From SAR324 cluster bacterium REDSEA-S27_B3 (GTDB lineage: Bacteria > SAR324 > NAC60-12): DNA of 64,000 bases. A program made the position numbers and the translations under genes. Positions 1 through 10,655 of this stretch are shown piece after piece. Under the pieces are notes generated by a model. That model made no database searches and was not told the DNA's origin. It saw nothing but the letters and a program-made list of their open reading frames with translations. How positions within the stretch are numbered: the stretch's first letter is position 1; every line of letters begins with the position of its first letter. The stretch spans positions 6,284 to 70,283 of the forward strand of contig LUQO01000041.1 in NCBI GenBank assembly GCA_001627865.1. Reading direction: 5' to 3'.

Positions 1-229
1 ACACGTCACGAAGCCCCCACTTTTCCTTAAGTTGTTCTTCCAACTCCATTAACTCCGCATCCTCCCCTTTGACATGAATCGTAATGGTTCCGTTTTGTCG
101 CGATTCGTTAAGAATATTAATCACCCGGGAACGGTTGATACCCAAACGCTTGGCGATATCGCCTTGAGTCATTCCGGTTTTGTAGTAGTACCATGAAGCT
201 CTTGAGGCAAACTTCTTCTGGTCTCGCAT
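1..229 (-). CDS. SorC/DeoR-type sugar-binding transcriptional regulator, N-terminal HTH portion (gene continues past position 1)
   Basis: Own reverse-strand translation from ATG at 229-227: MRDQKKFASRASWYYYKTGMTQGDIAKRLGINRSRVINILNESRQNGTITIHVKGED... The YY..G.TQ..IA..LGI.RS.V motif is typical of the SorC/CggR HTH. The frame is open to the window edge. Confidence 0.55.
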   Translation of the reverse strand, partial: MRDQKKFASRASWYYYKTGMTQGDIAKRLGINRSRVINILNESRQNGTITIHVKGEDAELMELEEQLKEKWGLRDV

Positions 230-587
230 TGCTGTATTCATTTTTTTTATAGTGATATTAGGTTTTACTTTTTTGTGGCCATACCTCGTAAATCTATCAC
301 AAAACGATAAAACAAATGTTCGTCTTTGTGGATGGTACAATAGATTAAAAGATGGACACAATACTTTTATTAATAAAAATTACATTTGTAATAAGCCTAT
401 CATTGATTGATTCAAATTGTAAACATCAAACAATATTATAAAAGTTCATTATGCCTGTTTTGACTATTTCATGATGATTGCATACACTAATTGTAGTTAT
501 GCGGACAAATTATTGGTAGTCCCGGAAACAACTCTGACTTGAAGAGTAAAGAAAAGGCATGGAATGCGAATCAGTCAAGGATAGACA

Positions 588-2399
588 ATGACCACACTAA
601 ATGAGACAATTTACGACGAAAGTAAAATACTCACGCTTTCTTCCCTCGAACATATCCGTTTGCGCCCCGGCATGTACATTGGCCGCCTGGGTAACGGTTC
701 CCATCCCAGTGACGGCATTTATGTGCTGCTGAAAGAAATTGTTGATAACTCGATCGATGAATTTATCATGGGCTTTGGCAAACGCATCGACATCCGCATT
801 GACAATGGTGCTGTAAATATCCGTGATTTCGGGCGCGGAATTCCACTTGGGAAGGTGGTTGAATGTGTTTCAATCATCAACACCGGCGCAAAATACAATG
901 ATGAAGTTTTTCAATTCAGTGTGGGCCTGAACGGTGTGGGTACAAAAGCAGTCAACGCGCTTTCAGAATCTTTTGAGGTTTCTTCCTATCGTGAAAAGAA
1001 ACAGTTTTCGGCACGGTTTAAATCTGGAGAATTGGAAACTAAACCGATTACTCAAGATACCAATCAAAGCAACGGCACTAAAATCAGTTTCACTCCGGAT
1101 ACAAAACTTTTTCCAAATTACAGCTATGACCTCGGCACAATCCGGAAACAACTCTGGAATTATGCCTACCTTAACCGGAAACTGACAATCACCTTAAACG
1201 GTGAAAAGTTTAAATCGGAAAATGGACTGCTGGATTTACTTAATGAAGAAGTAAATGACTCGAATCTTTATCAAATCGTTCACTGCCAATCCGGACAGTT
1301 GGAAATGGCATTTACACACACTGAACGATACGGTGAGGAATATTACAGCTACGTCAACGGCCATCACACAAACGACGGAGGCACCCACCTTTCAGCTTTT
1401 CGTGAAGGAATCCTCAAGGGCGTAAACCAGTTTTTCAATTCAAGTTTTGAAGGTCCGGATGTGAGAGATGGAATTGTCGGTGCAGTAGCCATCAAGCTGC
1501 AGGAACCGGTATTTGAATCTCAAACCAAAAATAAATTAGGAAACTCGGATCTGCGCTCGTGGCTGATGCCACTTGTTCGCGACACCTTTGTGGATTTTCT
1601 GTATAAACATCCGGAAGTAGCAGAACCGCTTAAGCAGAAAATACAGGCAAATGAGCGAATCCGCAAGGAACTGAACAATGTGAAGAAAGCTGCCAGGGAC
1701 AATGCAAAAAAATCCGCGTTGACAATTCCTAATCTAAAAGACTGCAAATATCATCTTGGGGATAAACACCAATCTGCAGAGGAAAGCACTGTATTTATCA
1801 CAGAAGGAGTCTCAGCCGGCGGCAGCATGATCAGCGCGCGTGATGTTTATACTCAGGCAGTATTCTGTCTCAAGGGCAAACCGCTAAACTGTCACGGACA
1901 AGGGAAAGAAGCGCTTTACAAAAATCTGGAGCTGTACAATGTGATGAAAGCCCTTGGAATTGAGGATTCAGTTGAAGATTTGCGTTACAATAAGGTCGTG
2001 ATTGCAACAGATGCTGATGTGGATGGACTGCATATTCGCAATTTGCTGCTTACCTTCTTTCTGCAATATTATGAACCGCTTGTTTTGCAGGGACATATTT
2101 ACATTCTTGAAACACCGCTCTTTCGTGTGCGTAATCAGAAAAACACCCTTTATTGTTACAATGAGAATGAAAAAGATGTGGCATTTGAAAAATTGCAAAA
2201 CGGAACTCATTTTGAGATTACACGCTTCAAGGGGCTTGGTGAGATTTCACCAAAAGAATTTGGACAGTTTATAGGAGAAAACATGCGGGCAGTTCCTGTT
2301 GGTGTTGAACATACCCACGAAATTCCGGATTTACTGAACTTTTACATGGGGAATAATACTGCGGACCGTCGTCAATACATCATGGATAATCTTGTTTGA
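588..2399 (+). CDS. parE: Type IIA DNA topoisomerase subunit B. The short 603-aa form is more consistent with topoisomerase IV ParE than with GyrB.
   Basis: GHKL ATPase motifs (LKEIVDNSIDE, DFGRGIP, GLNGVGTKAVNALS), Toprim motifs (FITEGVSAGGS, IATDADVDGLHIR) and a C-terminal RFKGLGE motif. Confidence 0.75.
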   Translation: MTTLNETIYDESKILTLSSLEHIRLRPGMYIGRLGNGSHPSDGIYVLLKEIVDNSIDEFIMGFGKRIDIRIDNGAVNIRDFGRGIPLGKVVECVSIINTGAKYNDEVFQFSVGLNGVGTKAVNALSESFEVSSYREKKQFSARFKSGELETKPITQDTNQSNGTKISFTPDTKLFPNYSYDLGTIRKQLWNYAYLNRKLTITLNGEKFKSENGLLDLLNEEVNDSNLYQIVHCQSGQLEMAFTHTERYGEEYYSYVNGHHTNDGGTHLSAFREGILKGVNQFFNSSFEGPDVRDGIVGAVAIKLQEPVFESQTKNKLGNSDLRSWLMPLVRDTFVDFLYKHPEVAEPLKQKIQANERIRKELNNVKKAARDNAKKSALTIPNLKDCKYHLGDKHQSAEESTVFITEGVSAGGSMISARDVYTQAVFCLKGKPLNCHGQGKEALYKNLELYNVMKALGIEDSVEDLRYNKVVIATDADVDGLHIRNLLLTFFLQYYEPLVLQGHIYILETPLFRVRNQKNTLYCYNENEKDVAFEKLQNGTHFEITRFKGLGEISPKEFGQFIGENMRAVPVGVEHTHEIPDLLNFYMGNNTADRRQYIMDNLV

Positions 2400-2540
2400 C
2401 ACCCATCAAATGTTTCATACAGAGGCACATAAACTGCACAATATTACCAGAGACAAAGGCTTTTACCTGCTCTAAAGACTGAAGCAAATTGATTGCAGGT
2501 AAAATTACAATCTATAAACACCAATTGCTGAGCATTACTG

Positions 2541-2840
2541 ATGTTGGGATTTGATGCAGAGAACGATGACGCAATTTTTCATACATCAAAGTTTATTGAA
2601 GATGTACCATTACTGATAATTGCAGAAATTGGTCGAACCCAGATTTCTGTACAAAAAGTACTGAATCTGAAAAAAGGCAACATGGTGGAATTTAATAAAA
2701 TTGTAGGTGAGCCAATGGATGTTGTTGTAGGTGGTAGACTAATGGCACGAGGAGAAATAGTGGTGGTAAACGAGCGTTACGGTGTACGGATCAGTGAGGT
2801 CACACGTCCGGATGAAAAAATTGGCGCGCGTCGCGAGTAA
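2541..2840 (+). CDS. fliN: FliN-like flagellar motor switch / SpoA-domain protein
   Basis: The C-terminal 80 aa are colinear with the FliN core: AEIGRTQISVQKVLNLKKGNMVEFNKIVGEPMDVVVGGRLMARGEIVVVNERYGVRISEV. Confidence 0.75.
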   Translation: MLGFDAENDDAIFHTSKFIEDVPLLIIAEIGRTQISVQKVLNLKKGNMVEFNKIVGEPMDVVVGGRLMARGEIVVVNERYGVRISEVTRPDEKIGARRE

Positions 2841-2855
2841 AGCAAACTTCCTGAA

Positions 2856-3473
2856 TTATTCTTCCTCTTTGTAAAACTGATTATAGAAAGCAACAGCCTG
2901 AGTCCGATTGTCCACCTGAGCTTTTTCATAAATATTTTTCAGGTGAAATTTGACAGTGTTTGTAGAGATTTCAAAAATTTTTGCAATTTTCCTGTTGGAA
3001 TGACCTTGTGCCAAAACTTCAAGTATATCAAGTTCTCTTGCAGTCAGACTTGAGATGCGATCATTAGTTTTAGCATGATGTTTTTCAAAGGGGAAAATAC
3101 TGTTTCCCTGTCCCACCTGACAGATTACATCAATCAAACCTTCAGGCGGTTTTGATTTTGAGTAAAACCCTGCACCGCCCAGTGAGCGCACCTGCCTTGA
3201 AACATTGGCTCCGCTGTAAACCACCACTCTGATTGAGCTTTCACGTTCACGAAGATTGGTGAGTACCTGCCGTCCGTCAGAAAAAGGCATCTTCCAGCCT
3301 ATGATTCCCACATCAAAACTCACGCGATCCACAAGTTCCATAAACAATTCACCATCAGTTGCTGTTGCACGCACATTAAAACGCTCATCCTGCTTGAACA
3401 TTTCGGTCAATCCTTTGACGAGCAGAGAATTCTTGTCCGCGATAACAAGATTTATAGGAGAATCTGTTGACAT
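2856..3473 (-). CDS. NarL/FixJ (LuxR-type HTH) response regulator with an atypical receiver domain lacking the phospho-acceptor Asp
   Basis: N-terminal CheY-like fold (LVIADKNSLL ... VGIIGWKMP ... VVVYS ... YSKSK). C-terminal LuxR HTH (LTARELDILEVLAQGHSNRKIAKIFEISTNTVKFHLKNIYEK). Confidence 0.8.
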   Translation of the reverse strand: MSTDSPINLVIADKNSLLVKGLTEMFKQDERFNVRATATDGELFMELVDRVSFDVGIIGWKMPFSDGRQVLTNLRERESSIRVVVYSGANVSRQVRSLGGAGFYSKSKPPEGLIDVICQVGQGNSIFPFEKHHAKTNDRISSLTARELDILEVLAQGHSNRKIAKIFEISTNTVKFHLKNIYEKAQVDNRTQAVAFYNQFYKEEE

Positions 3474-3602
3474 GAGTTTCCAGGAAGCAGGGGCAGCATA
3501 ATAACCATTATGCAGTCTTTTAATCTTTGCTGCTAACTATCCCTAATTCCACGGAAACGTTCCAGCTTTTTCATAACTGGAAGTTTGGAAAGAATTTTGT
3601 AA

Positions 3603-4271
3603 TCAGGTATTTTTTATCTTTTCACGGAGAAGCTTAACATTTTCCGCGACACTGTTCTTGTCGTTAAAAACTGCCGAACCGGCAACAAAAGCGTTTGCTC
3701 CCGCGCCAATAACTTCATTGACAGTTTCAACATTGACTCCGCCATCCACTTCTAAATCTGCAGATGAACCGCATTGGTCAAGCATTTCACGCAGCTTTTG
3801 AATTTTGGCTGTGCAGGAATGAATGTATGATTGTCCGCCAAATCCGGGATTGACTGACATCACCAGCACCAGATCCACTTCAGAGATGATTTCATCCAAA
3901 GTGTTCGCAGGTGTAGAAGGGTTGATGCTGACACCGGCACGAACATCTAAATTTTGAATCTGCTGGAGAGATCGATGCAGGTGAGGACAGGTCTCCTGGT
4001 GAACAGTAATTATATCTGCCCCGGCTTTGGCAAAATCTTCAATATAGCGTTCCGGATTCTCAATCATAAGGTGTACATCCAGCGGCAGTTTAGTCACAGG
4101 ACGCAAAGCCTTGACTATCAACGGGCCAATGGTAATGTTCGGGACAAAATGTCCGTCCATCACATCAACATGGATATAATCTACACCAGCCTCTTCAGCT
4201 TCTCTCACTTGTTCTCCTAAAAATGCGAAATTCGCCGAAAGTATTGAAGGGGAAATTTTAACCGAGTTCAC
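3603..4271 (-). CDS. rpe: Ribulose-phosphate 3-epimerase
   Basis: Canonical motifs: [34 protein letters not shown]. It is the last enzyme gene of the cbb operon. Confidence 0.92.
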   Translation of the reverse strand: MNSVKISPSILSANFAFLGEQVREAEEAGVDYIHVDVMDGHFVPNITIGPLIVKALRPVTKLPLDVHLMIENPERYIEDFAKAGADIITVHQETCPHLHRSLQQIQNLDVRAGVSINPSTPANTLDEIISEVDLVLVMSVNPGFGGQSYIHSCTAKIQKLREMLDQCGSSADLEVDGGVNVETVNEVIGAGANAFVAGSAVFNDKNSVAENVKLLREKIKNT

Positions 4272-4391
4272 TGTAAATTCCTTATTAAAAGTATGGAGTT
4301 ACGAAACACCAGGACTATGTCATTAACGCCAGAAGACATTTGAAAACATAGTTTAGGTATTTCTTGTGGTAAAAATTATACGTTTTTTTAA

Positions 4392-6716
4392 TTAGCTAGT
4401 CAAAGAAGCAAAAAGGGTCGGCAGTTTTTCAGGCAAACGCTGAACATTATCAATGATGGTGTAATGGTTTTGTCCGAAGATTCTTTGTACGTAATGATCA
4501 GCGCTTGGGTCGAGCGTAAGACAATATGACAAGATGCCTTGGGTATGCAATTCCTCAACAGCTTTTTTTGCATCCAAGCGCAGGTGCTGTGGATCCCTTT
4601 CATCAATATCAGAAGGCGCTCCATCTGTCACGATCAGCAGCATTTTTCGTTTTTCAGTACGACGCGACAGGTGATGTCCGGCATGACGCATGGCTGCACC
4701 CATGCGAGTTGATAAACCGCCCTGCATCCCCGCAAGCCGTCCCTTGGCTTCATCATCGAATGCCTGATCGAAGCGTTTAAGGCGATAGTAACGCACATCA
4801 TGTCGGCCGTCTGAGGCAAATCCGTGGATGGCAAAAGCATCACCGATTCCTGAAATTGCAGTGGAAACCAAAGCACTTGCTTCCCGTGTCAGTTCCAGAA
4901 CCGTCTTCTCTAGTCCTGCTAAAATTTCATTAGTTGATTCAGAGAGGTCAAGCAAAATGATGATTGCCAGATCACGGCTATTGATCACATTCTTAAAAGT
5001 AATTCTAGTATCCGGTTGTCGCCCCATGCGAATGTCAGTCATGGCTTCCACAGCCGCATTAATGTCAATTTCATCACCATCTTCCAACTTGCGTTGACGA
5101 ATCATGCCCTCCGGACGCAGGCGGTCAACAATTTGTTTTATACGGGAAGTAATCGGCTTATGCTCCATTAAAATCTGCTCAATGTCGTCCGTGTTGCCCA
5201 AGGGATAACCCCGCTCATAAACTGTCGCCCAGTCCGGTCGGTGCAGTTGTACCTTGTAATCCCATTCCGGATAATGATAAGGGTCACTGATCTGCTCCTT
5301 GCCCTCCATCTGGTTAAAACTTATTCCCTGATCCTCATAAGGAAAAAGTTCCGTAGGCAAAGTCCAGATCTCCTGCGCGTCATCTCCAGCAGTTTCAACA
5401 TCCAGTTCATTGACGAATTCCATCAGGCTGACTCGCTTTCGCAACTGCCGACGGTTGGCTGGCACATATTCCACATCGTCATACCAGGCAAATTCATCAA
5501 AGTCCCAAATAAAGCGGTTGTCATCTCTGTAGGGAATACGGATACCTTCCAGCAGCCGCAGACTGGGAACCTCCTTGCGTGCCGCCAGTTCATTAAAAAT
5601 CTCCAAACCTAAGTTCCAGGAAAATTGCGGATTATTTTTGTTGGACTCAATGTCAGTATGGAATCTGTTCGCAATTTCATCCATTGCATGATCATTTGAC
5701 TGGAAGGAACTGTCCAGCAAAGCTACGGCTAAACGTTCCAGCAATGGAACAGCGGCATGTTCAGGGTGATCATTGTATTGACAATGCAGAGTGCGCCATA
5801 ATTTTAAAAGGCCAGGAAAATCCTGTATTGCGCAATACTCAACCCTGGCGTCCTCGGCAAAACCAACAAAGAATCTTTGTGCCGGGGACAAGTGTTCTGC
5901 TGAAATTGGTTGGCGGGTATAGACCAGATGAGCGGCCATGTGCGCGGCAATTGCACGATAAAGATCGATTCCTTTCACCATAATATCACCCACTGCATCA
6001 GGCAGGTGGAGAACACGAGCCTCGAGATATGGACGGAAGCCGATGTGACTCGTGTCGGCAGGGCGTAAAAAGAAATCTCTGGCCCATAAAGCACGCAAAT
6101 AGAAATTCAGTTTACGCTGACAGTTTATAAAAAGAGTACCTCCGCGTTCTTTTTTCAGGATCGCCCGGCTGTCTTCAGTCTTCAGACCAAAATAGGCAAC
6201 TTGCCCGGGAAGATCCCGCCGGTAAGCCTCAGCGCCAAAATCCGACCAGCGACGCAGGCCGGACAAAGTGAGCTTTGAGAGTAAGTCATCAATGCAGCCC
6301 AGCATGGGGCGTAACCCGCGTGGAGCCTTAGCAGTTAAGCGATGGATCAGGCTGAGATACCCGCGCAACAGTTCGTGGTCTCCAAGTCTGCGGGAAGCAG
6401 CAGGCAGGGTGGAAAACAATAAAGAAATTACCTCTCCCGAAGTCATTGAGGTAAGCTTCATGGCAGAGGCAACACATTCCCGAATGATATCCTCGCCGCA
6501 CTCCTTGGTTACAGCTGGAATGTTTTCAATATAGCTGACAACAATATCAGCTCCACGTCCCAGTTCACATAGAACTCGGGCACCCTCAAGATAATCCTGA
6601 AGACCGGCTGGAGACATGTAGCGGCCTGCTTCATGAAACGCAGCATCCAGAGTTTCTTTCAGCTCGGGTGCAGTCTGTTCCAGGCGCTCCCTGTAGTCAT
6701 CAAGCTGGATGCTCAT
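4392..6716 (-). CDS. cbbO: RuBisCO activation protein CbbO (NorD-like, C-terminal von Willebrand factor A domain)
   Basis: 774 aa, immediately downstream of cbbQ. The C-terminal VWA domain has the MIDAS motif LLDLSESTN. Confidence 0.85.
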   Translation of the reverse strand: MSIQLDDYRERLEQTAPELKETLDAAFHEAGRYMSPAGLQDYLEGARVLCELGRGADIVVSYIENIPAVTKECGEDIIRECVASAMKLTSMTSGEVISLLFSTLPAASRRLGDHELLRGYLSLIHRLTAKAPRGLRPMLGCIDDLLSKLTLSGLRRWSDFGAEAYRRDLPGQVAYFGLKTEDSRAILKKERGGTLFINCQRKLNFYLRALWARDFFLRPADTSHIGFRPYLEARVLHLPDAVGDIMVKGIDLYRAIAAHMAAHLVYTRQPISAEHLSPAQRFFVGFAEDARVEYCAIQDFPGLLKLWRTLHCQYNDHPEHAAVPLLERLAVALLDSSFQSNDHAMDEIANRFHTDIESNKNNPQFSWNLGLEIFNELAARKEVPSLRLLEGIRIPYRDDNRFIWDFDEFAWYDDVEYVPANRRQLRKRVSLMEFVNELDVETAGDDAQEIWTLPTELFPYEDQGISFNQMEGKEQISDPYHYPEWDYKVQLHRPDWATVYERGYPLGNTDDIEQILMEHKPITSRIKQIVDRLRPEGMIRQRKLEDGDEIDINAAVEAMTDIRMGRQPDTRITFKNVINSRDLAIIILLDLSESTNEILAGLEKTVLELTREASALVSTAISGIGDAFAIHGFASDGRHDVRYYRLKRFDQAFDDEAKGRLAGMQGGLSTRMGAAMRHAGHHLSRRTEKRKMLLIVTDGAPSDIDERDPQHLRLDAKKAVEELHTQGILSYCLTLDPSADHYVQRIFGQNHYTIIDNVQRLPEKLPTLFASLTS

Positions 6717-6740
6717 GCGCCTACCTCTGTTAGTGTAGTA

Positions 6741-7544
6741 TTAGTCGAAGAAAGTATGAACTGCAGCATCAAGGGTATCACGCATGTCCGGATCATCTGT
6801 CAATGGACGCACCAGGGTCAGGCGGCAAGCCGCAATCGGTTCAATACCCTTGCTGATTAACTGGCCTGCATAAACCAGTAAGCGTGTGGACATGCCTTCA
6901 TCCAGTCCATGACCTTTCAAGTTGCGCGAGCGCATTGCAACCTGCACAAGTTTATTTGCCATGTCTTCACTGACACCGGATTCGCGAGTCACTATTTCTG
7001 CTTCAATTTCCGGTTCCGGATAATCAAAATCGAGCGCTCCGAATCGCTGTTTAGTGGATTGTTTGAGATCTTTCATCAGGCTTTGATATCCGGGATTGTA
7101 CGAAATCACCAGATGAAAGTCAGGGTGTGCTTTGACCAGTTCGCCTTTTTTATCCAGCGGCAGTTCACGGCGATGGTCTGTCAGAGGATGAATGACCACG
7201 GTAGTATCCTGCCGTGCTTCCACCACTTCATCCAGGTAGCAGAGTGCCCCCATGCGGGTAGCCCGAGTCAGTGGACCGTCTTGCCAACGGGTTCCGTCCT
7301 TATCCAAAAGAAACCTGCCTACCAAATCCGAAGCAGTCATATCTTCATTGCAGGCAACCGTAATCAGAGGACGACCTTGTTTCCAGGCCATGTATTCCAC
7401 AAATCGTGACTTCCCGCATCCAGTAGGCCCCTTCAGCATCATGGGCATCTTTGCTTCTGAGGCGGCTTCAAATAATTCCACCTCATCGGCGATTGGACGA
7501 TAATAAGGTTCTTCAGATACCAAATATTGGGCTGCTTCGTCCAT
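6741..7544 (-). CDS. cbbQ: RuBisCO activase CbbQ (MoxR-class AAA+ ATPase, NirQ/NorQ family)
   Basis: Walker A GPTGCGKS, Walker B LCYLDEV, 267 aa, located between cbbS and cbbO. Confidence 0.9.
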   Translation of the reverse strand: MDEAAQYLVSEEPYYRPIADEVELFEAASEAKMPMMLKGPTGCGKSRFVEYMAWKQGRPLITVACNEDMTASDLVGRFLLDKDGTRWQDGPLTRATRMGALCYLDEVVEARQDTTVVIHPLTDHRRELPLDKKGELVKAHPDFHLVISYNPGYQSLMKDLKQSTKQRFGALDFDYPEPEIEAEIVTRESGVSEDMANKLVQVAMRSRNLKGHGLDEGMSTRLLVYAGQLISKGIEPIAACRLTLVRPLTDDPDMRDTLDAAVHTFFD

Positions 7545-7568
7545 ACAATTACGTAACGTCGTAACAGT

Positions 7569-7922
7569 TTAACGAGGAGCCCGGTAAATTACCATGTTCG
7601 CTCCCTGACTCTGCTTGTAATTGTCATAACCGATGAGCCGCACATGGTGCGAAGGATTGGCCTTGTGACACATTTCGGTTTCGTTCAAAATGCGATCTAC
7701 ATCAGTCTCGCCAAACATCGGCAATTTCCACATGTACCAATAATGATCAAAAGCATTTTCCGGCTCAGTATGTTCAATAGCCGGATTCCAGCCTTTTGAT
7801 ACAATGTATTCTACCTGTTTGCGGATCGCATCACTGTCCATCTCAGGAAGGTAAGAAAACGTTTCAAATTTTCTGCTGGCAGGATCAGACAGTCGTGATT
7901 GATAATCTTGTACTTCACTCAT
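7569..7922 (-). CDS. cbbS: RuBisCO small subunit
   Basis: 117 aa with [15 protein letters not shown] and [11 protein letters not shown] motifs, directly downstream of cbbL. Confidence 0.92.
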   Translation of the reverse strand: MSEVQDYQSRLSDPASRKFETFSYLPEMDSDAIRKQVEYIVSKGWNPAIEHTEPENAFDHYWYMWKLPMFGETDVDRILNETEMCHKANPSHHVRLIGYDNYKQSQGANMVIYRAPR

Positions 7923-8011
7923 AAGTTATACCTGGATTTAAATGTTGATTAACTCCAGCCAAGCTTCAGTCTTTCGACAGCCACCTGGACTAGTTAAATA
8001 ATACGGATTGC

Positions 8012-9433
8012 TCAGCTGTGTTTAATATCAAGTTTGTCCACAGTGTCGAATTCAAATTTAATTTCCTTCCATGTTTCCATAGCAGTTTTCAGTTCAGGAC
8101 TGGATTTAGCGGCATTGGTCAAAATATCCTTACCTTCCTTTTCAATCTCACGTCCCTGGTTGCGCGCCTCAACACAGGCCTCAAGTGCCACACGGTTGGC
8201 TGCTGCTCCGGCTGCATTACCCCATGGATGTCCCAGGGTGCCCCCGCCAAACTGGAGGACTGCATCATCTCCGAAAATGGAAACCAACGCAGGCATGTGC
8301 CACACATGAATTCCTCCTGATGCAACCGCGAATACACCAGGCATCGAACCCCAATCCTGATCGAAGAAGATACCACGAGAACGATCTTCCTTGATATAGG
8401 AATCCCTTAACAAATCTATCCAACCCAGGGTTGCCTCACGATCTCCTTCAAGTTTACCAACTACTGTACCGGTATGAAGATGATCTCCTCCGGATAAACG
8501 GAGGGCTTTGGCGAGTACACGAAAATGAATGCCATGACTCGGATTGCGGTCAAGTACCGCGTGCATGGCTCTGTGGATATGCAGCAAAATTCCATTGTCG
8601 GCACACCACTGCGCAATTCCGGTGTTAGCACAAAAACCTCCGGTTAAGTAGTCATGCATGATAATCGGGGCGCCAATCTCCTTTGCATGCTCCGCACGTT
8701 TATACATTTCTTCCGGAGTCGGAGCAGTCACGTTTAGATAATGTCCCTTACGCTCGCCTGTCTCTTCCTCAGCTTTGTTGATTGCGTCCATAACAAAATC
8801 AAAACGCTGACGCCATCGCATAAAGGGCTGAGAGTTGACGTTTTCATCATCTTTTGTAAAGTCAAGACCTCCACGCAAGCATTCATAAACAGCACGTCCG
8901 TAATTCTTTGCAGAAAGTCCTAGCTTGGGCTTTATTGTACATCCCAGCAAAGGACGTCCATATTTGTTCATGATATCGCGCTCAACCTGAATTCCATGAG
9001 GCGGCCCATTGCAGGTCTTTACATAAGCAATTGGGAATCGCACATCCTCAAGCCGCAAGGCGCGAATTGCCTTGAATCCAAAAACATTTCCGACCAGGGA
9101 AGTAAAGACATTAACCACAGAACCTTCCTCGAACAAATCAATCGGATAAGCTACAAAAGCATAGTATGCCTCATCATCTCCAGGGACATCTTCAATGGCA
9201 TAGGCCCTACCTTTGTAGTAATCCAGGTCTGTCAACAGATCTGTCCATACGGTGGTCCATGTGCCTGTGGATGATTCCGCAGCTACTGCCGCCGCTGCTT
9301 CTTCTCGGGGAACACCGGGCTGCGGAGTGATTTTGAAACATGCCAGAATATCAGTTTCACTTGGAACGTATTCCGGCATCCAATAAGTCTCACGGTATTC
9401 CTTAACACCGGCACTATAAGTTTTTTTCGACAT
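8012..9433 (-). CDS. cbbL: RuBisCO large subunit, form I (green-type, IA-like)
   Basis: 473 aa. Catalytic motifs are intact: [19 protein letters not shown] (carbamylated Lys plus metal ligands), [35 protein letters not shown]. Confidence 0.97.
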   Translation of the reverse strand: MSKKTYSAGVKEYRETYWMPEYVPSETDILACFKITPQPGVPREEAAAAVAAESSTGTWTTVWTDLLTDLDYYKGRAYAIEDVPGDDEAYYAFVAYPIDLFEEGSVVNVFTSLVGNVFGFKAIRALRLEDVRFPIAYVKTCNGPPHGIQVERDIMNKYGRPLLGCTIKPKLGLSAKNYGRAVYECLRGGLDFTKDDENVNSQPFMRWRQRFDFVMDAINKAEEETGERKGHYLNVTAPTPEEMYKRAEHAKEIGAPIIMHDYLTGGFCANTGIAQWCADNGILLHIHRAMHAVLDRNPSHGIHFRVLAKALRLSGGDHLHTGTVVGKLEGDREATLGWIDLLRDSYIKEDRSRGIFFDQDWGSMPGVFAVASGGIHVWHMPALVSIFGDDAVLQFGGGTLGHPWGNAAGAAANRVALEACVEARNQGREIEKEGKDILTNAAKSSPELKTAMETWKEIKFEFDTVDKLDIKHS

Positions 9434-9469
9434 ATAACTCTTTTATTGAGGTGAGTGTTGAAAATAAGT

Positions 9470-10534
9470 TTAATTGATTTTTTGATCCAGTTCGCCAGAA
9501 CTATAACGCTGTGCCATTGCCGCCAAAGGTAATGGTTTTAACTTTGAAGCATTCCCAGCTGTCCCAAAAGATTCATAACGTAATTCACAAACCTTCTGCA
9601 TGGCATCAGTTGCTGGTTTTGTAAACTTGCGTGGATCAAACTCAGTTTTCTTTTCAAGCAAAACTTTCCGTACCTGACCGGAAATTGCCATGCGGCAGTC
9701 TGTATCAATGTTCACTTTTCTGACTCCATGCTTGATGCCTTCAACAATTTCATCCACAGGGGTGCCCCATGTTTGAGGCATTTCTCCTCCATTTTCATTT
9801 ATTATATCCTGCAGTTCCTGTGGAACAGAACTCGACCCATGCATAACCATGTGCAGGCTGGGAAGCCTTTTATTGATTGCTTTTACCACATTCAGGGCAA
9901 GTATATCTCCATCAGGTTTGCGGGTAAACTTGTAAGCACCATGAGATGTCCCAATTGCCACAGCAAGCGCATCCACTTGTGTTTTACTGACAAAATCTGT
10001 TGCCTGATCAGGATCAGTCAGCAGTAGATCCTGAGATAATTTTCCTTCAAACCCGTGTCCGTCTTCTTTTTCACCTTCGCCGGTCTCCAGTGAGCCAAGG
10101 CAGCCAAGTTCACCTTCAACAGATACACCGATTTTGTGGGCAACTTCTGTTACTTTGGAGCTGATCCCAACATTGTATTCATAAGACGCGGGAGTTTTTG
10201 CGTCTTCTTCCAAAGACCCATCCATCATCACGCTTGTGAAATTGTTTGCCATTGCTGAAAGACAGGTATCAAAATTATTGCCATGATCCTGGTGAATACA
10301 AATGGGAATGTCCGGATACATTTCTACCGCCGCAACAAACAGATGACGCAAAAAAATATCACCAGCATACGAACGTGCTCCGCGACTTGCCTGTAAAATC
10401 ACCGGTGAATCGGTATCTTGTGCTGCTTGCATGATAGCTTGTATTTGCTCCATGTTATTTACGTTGAAAGCTGGAACTCCATAGCTGTTTTCCGCAGCAT
10501 GATCCAGCAGTTGTCTTAATGAAATCAAGGCCAT
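9470..10534 (-). CDS. fba: Class II fructose/sedoheptulose-bisphosphate aldolase (Calvin-cycle CbbA type)
   Basis: 354 aa. Motifs: [37 protein letters not shown]. Confidence 0.9.
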   Translation of the reverse strand: MALISLRQLLDHAAENSYGVPAFNVNNMEQIQAIMQAAQDTDSPVILQASRGARSYAGDIFLRHLFVAAVEMYPDIPICIHQDHGNNFDTCLSAMANNFTSVMMDGSLEEDAKTPASYEYNVGISSKVTEVAHKIGVSVEGELGCLGSLETGEGEKEDGHGFEGKLSQDLLLTDPDQATDFVSKTQVDALAVAIGTSHGAYKFTRKPDGDILALNVVKAINKRLPSLHMVMHGSSSVPQELQDIINENGGEMPQTWGTPVDEIVEGIKHGVRKVNIDTDCRMAISGQVRKVLLEKKTEFDPRKFTKPATDAMQKVCELRYESFGTAGNASKLKPLPLAAMAQRYSSGELDQKIN

Positions 10535-10655
10535 AATAATTACTCTGTTCAGGATTAATTTAAAAGAATCAGTGATATGATTCAGATTATTAGTTACTCT
10601 TTTGTTTCAAACGACCAGCTGTGCTGTTGAGATGATGTAACATCAGATAATGTAT

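Noticed and set aside
240-587. Possible replication origin in the 348-nt AT-rich gap upstream of the topoisomerase gene (it contains tgtggatgg).
   Set aside because: I found only one 7-of-9 match to a DnaA box. There is no cluster of boxes and no dnaA or dnaN nearby.
4392-9433. Possible carboxysome (cso/ccm) genes around RuBisCO.
   Set aside because: Every ORF between fba and rpe is accounted for by cbbL, cbbS, cbbQ and cbbO. No shell-protein or carbonic-anhydrase-like ORF exists in the window.
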